Below, one piece after another: positions 60,414 through 64,000 of a stretch of 64,000 bases of DNA (position 1 is the stretch's first letter; the number at the start of each line of letters is the position of its first letter). The notes beneath the pieces are model-generated. The model did not search any database. It worked only from the letters and a program-made list of their open reading frames with translations, and was not told the origin of the DNA. The DNA comes from Somniosus microcephalus (lineage: Eukaryota). The position numbers were made by a program, and so were the translations under genes. The stretch covers positions 68,014,001 through 68,078,000 of the forward strand of contig CM126222.1 in the NCBI GenBank assembly GCA_052327205.1. Direction: 5' to 3'.

Positions 60414-60428
60414 CTAGAAATCCAAAAG
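60414..60428 (-). CDS. CENPX: Probable terminal coding exon of CENPX (STRA13/MHF2), LLDF*
   Basis: Strong acceptor gatgtttttcttgtttttgcag|CTT TTG GAT TTC TAG. CENP-X proteins end in PQLLLDF*, and CENPX lies convergent and downstream of ASPSCR1 in human. Upstream exons were not found in the window. Confidence 0.65.
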   Translation of the reverse strand, partial: LLDF

Positions 60429-61854
60429 CTGCAAAAACAAGAAAAACATCTTAAAACCAACAAACTACAGTGAAGCTTCACAAATTTTAAACATCAATGA
60501 AATGTAATACTTCTCATTTCAACAAGGATTGAAATAAATGAACACTGGAAGCTGTCTACAGGATCAGGGGAAGAGGACACATTGCCTTTCACACGCACTA
60601 CTGTAGGTGAGCAGGGGAACATTTCTGGTTCCTGCTCCATTCTCAGTTTATTATACGTCAGTACTAAAGTTCAGTGCTATTTAAAGTTACTAGTGGATTT
60701 CTCATGGTAAATCAGGTGATACGCTCTAAAGCTTACAGCAAAGGTGGACAGTCACCGCATTGTTTCTGTGCCGGCTCTGCTGGATCAATCCAAAACGAAT
60801 CCTGCTTACCTATGCTCTCCTACTGCCCTGTACCATCACCTGTTTCAAACGTTTATTCACCTTTGCCTGGCCTCACCTATTCCCAGTGGTAAGATTCCAA
60901 TGCCCAACAACCATCTGTATAGAAAATGTTTTTCCTAACCTCTACACCCTCAGTAATATTAACTTGATGACCTCTAAGTTCCTAGATGTCGTTTTCCATA
61001 TTCACCCAGTCAAACCCTTCATTAACTTGGCTTTTATCCTTCTCTACTCCAGTGATGATAGTCCCAGTATCTCAAGTCTCTCATTGTAACTAGTTTTCCA
61101 TCCCTGGTGAATCTAGGATCGCAATAGTCTATGGTTTTAATGGCCTTACTGTAATGAGGTGTCCAAACTTGCACAGTGTGTCCTAATTATTGCCTTGTAC
61201 AAATTATATTACTGCATTACTCTTGTACTCTATCACCACTAGCAAGTACTGATGTAGGAGGGGAGGGGGTGGTGAAGAGGAACGTGCCCATTGACCTACG
61301 TGGCCTCACCGGCTTTCAATTAGGAAAAAAGTGCATGCGCTGTATTTTGAGTGGGCCGTGCAGCCAAAAGTTAAAGGGAACACTGATGAAGAGGGAGGGA
61401 ACTTCACAGCCAAACCCTGTACCAGTCCTCCCCAAACATGTGCATTTCCAGCAGAGGGTGCCAGATAGCAATCAGGAGTGGGACTCTGGCTGATTTTCTC
61501 CTCCCGATTCCAGGGGCACTGAAGCGTATTTGTAGCATTCTAGCTGGGAATACACAGCACCACTCAAGGCTCAAATCTGCCATCTACTGGATGTGTACAG
61601 CCAAAGGAACATAAAAATGAAACAAAAGGCTTGCATATTTGCCTATATCCTTTGAGTAGTTTAGGTTCAAGAAAAGGATTAGTGTAATGCCAGGATTCAC
61701 AGAACTTATGGTACAGGTCATTCACACCCTCACATTTTTGCTAACTTCAACTGGACTATATTCTAATCCAATTTCCCTCTATCCTTTCACATTCCTTTAC
61801 AAATAAATTATTTAATTCCCTTTGAAATGAATATACTCATTTATTTTTGTTATT

Positions 61855-62008
61855 TAAGACAGATCGATAGAATTTTTGGATATTAAGGGAATCAAGGGAT
61901 TGGGGATAGTGCAGGAAAGTGGAGATGAGGTAGATCAGCCATGATCTCATTGAATGGCGGAGCAGGCTCGAGGGGCTGAATGGCCGACTCCTGCTCTTCA
62001 AGTTCTTG
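61855..62008 (+). mobile_element. CR1 3' tail fragment
   Basis: gatcagccatgatctcattgaatggcggagcaggctcgaggggctgaatggccgactcctgct. Confidence 0.8.
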
Positions 62009-62074
62009 TGTCACAGTCTCTGCCATAATAGCCACTTGCAGTAAAGCATTTCACGTTGCAATAATCTTGTGAAA

Positions 62075-64000
62075 CAGATTTCAACCGAGCCCTGAAGGAC
62101 AGAAGTGCCAGACTGGGCCTGCAGCAGGTGGTGAGAAAACCAACAGGAGGGAAAAATCTACTTGACCTCGTCCTCCCCAATTTATCTGTCGCAGGTGCAT
62201 CTGTCCATGACAGTAGTGGTAGCTGCAACCACCCCAGTCATTGTGGAGACAAAGTCCCATCTTCACACTGAGGACGCCCTCCATCGTGTTGTGTGACACC
62301 ACCACTGTGTTAAATGGGATAGATTCAGAACAGATCTAGCAGCTCAAAACTGGGCATCCATGAGGTGCTGTGGGCCATCAGCAGCAGCAGAATTTTATTC
62401 CACCACAATCTGTAACCTCATGGCCCAGCATATCCCTCACTCTACCATTACCATCAAGCCCAAAGACCAACCCTGGTTCAATAAGGAGTGTAGAAGAGCA
62501 GGAGCAGCACCAGGCGTACCTAAAAATGAGGTACCACCCTGGGGAAGCTGCAACACAGAACTACATGCATGCTAAACAGCAGAAGCAACATGCTATAGCC
62601 AGAGCTAAGATCCCACAATCAAAGGATCAGATCAAAGCTCTGCAGTCCTGCCACATCCAGTTGTGAACAGTGGTGGATCATTAAACAATTAATGGGAGGA
62701 GCAGGCTCCATGAATATCCCCATCCTCAATGATAGCGGAGCCCAGCATGCGAGTATAAAAGACAGCTTCAGTGTTTGCAACCATCTTCAGCCAGAAGTAC
62801 CGAGTGGATGATCCATATCGGCCTCCTCCGGAGGTCCCCACCATCAAAGAAGCCAGTCTTCAGCCAATTCGATTCACTCACGTGATATCAAGAAACGGCT
62901 GAGCTTACTGGATACAGCAAAGGCTATGGGCCCCGACAACATCCCGGCTGTCATGTTGAAGACTTGTGCTCCAGAACTAGCCACGCCTTAGCTATGCTGT
63001 TCCAGTACAGCTACAACACTTGCATCTATCAGACAATGTGGAAAACTGCCCAGGTATGTGTCTCCACAAAAAGCAGGACAAATCCAATCGGCCAATTTCC
63101 AGCCCATCAGCAAAGTGATGGAAGGTGTCATAGACGGTGCCATCAAGCGATACCTGCTCACCGATGCTCAGTTTGGGTTCCGCCAGAACCACTCTGCTCC
63201 AGACCTCGTTACAGCCTTGTTCCAAACATGGACCACAGCTGAATTCCAGAGGTGAGGCGAGAGTGTCAAATGCTGCCTTGATGTCAAGGGCAGTCAGCGT
63301 GTGGCATCAAGGAGCTCTAGTAAAATTGAAATCAGGGGGAAAACTCTTCACTGACTGAAGTCATACCTAGCACAAAGGAAGATGGTTGTCAAAGGTCAAT
63401 CATCACAGCCCCAGGACATCCCTGCAGGAGTTCCTCAGGGCAGTGTCCTTGGCCCAGCCATCTTTAGCTGCTTAATCAATTACTTTTCCTCTAGCATGTC
63501 AGAAATGGGGATGTTCGCTGCTGACTACACAGTTCAGTGCCATTCACAACTCCTCAGATAATGAAGCAGTCCATGCCCGCATGCAGGAGGACCTGGATGA
63601 CATTCAGGCTTGGGCTGATTAGATGCAAGTAACATTCGTGCCACACGAGTGCCAGGCAATGACTATCTCCAACAAGCGAGCGTCTAACCACCGCCCCTTG
63701 ACATTCAACTGCATTACCATCGCCGAATCCCCACCATCTGCATCCTGGCGGTCACTATTGACGAGAAACTTAACTGGACCAGCCACACAAATAATGTGAC
63801 AACAAGAGCAGGTCAGAGGCTGGCTATTCTGCGGCGAGTGTCTCACCTCCTGACTCCCCAAAGCCTTTCCACCATCTACAAGGCACAAGTCAGGAGTGTG
63901 ATGGAATACTCTCCACTTGCCTGGATGAGTGCAGCTCCAACAACACTCAAGAAGCTCGACACCATCCAGGACAAAGCAGCCCACTTGACTGGCAGCCCAT
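62075..64000 (+). mobile_element. Degenerate longer copy of the 47031-48803 LINE family, runs off window end
   Basis: End of the endonuclease region (PTGGKNLLDLVL), then the RT region with many frameshifts; collinear with 47031-48390. Confidence 0.9.

Overview
This is vertebrate nuclear DNA, almost certainly from a shark or other elasmobranch, judged by the HE1 V-SINEs, SacSINE1-type DeuSINEs and shark CR1/L2/RTE LINEs. The window holds the last four coding exons of ASPSCR1 (TUG/UBXN9) on the + strand (27660-27711, 35278-35347, 42364-42542, 52050-52060), with 3'UTR and poly(A) signals. It also holds the probable last exon of a convergent CENPX (LLDF*, 60414-60428, - strand), which matches the human 17q25.3 gene order. 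The rest is intronic or intergenic and rich in transposons: many SINEs and LINEs, Penelope-type hairpins with minimal hammerhead-ribozyme motifs, a solo LTR, a Tigger/pogo-type MITE and two Harbinger-type elements (one with a Myb/SANT remnant). Two large tandem arrays gain CpG toward their centres, and they account for all ORFs longer than 400 aa. I find no evidence of a novel multi-gene system. The most interesting signals are RNA-structural and mutational: TSD-flanked hammerhead hairpins, a locally templated fold-back insertion, CpG-gaining arrays, a composite structured CR1 3'UTR and SINE tail swapping. All family assignments come from recognising the sequence, not from database searches.
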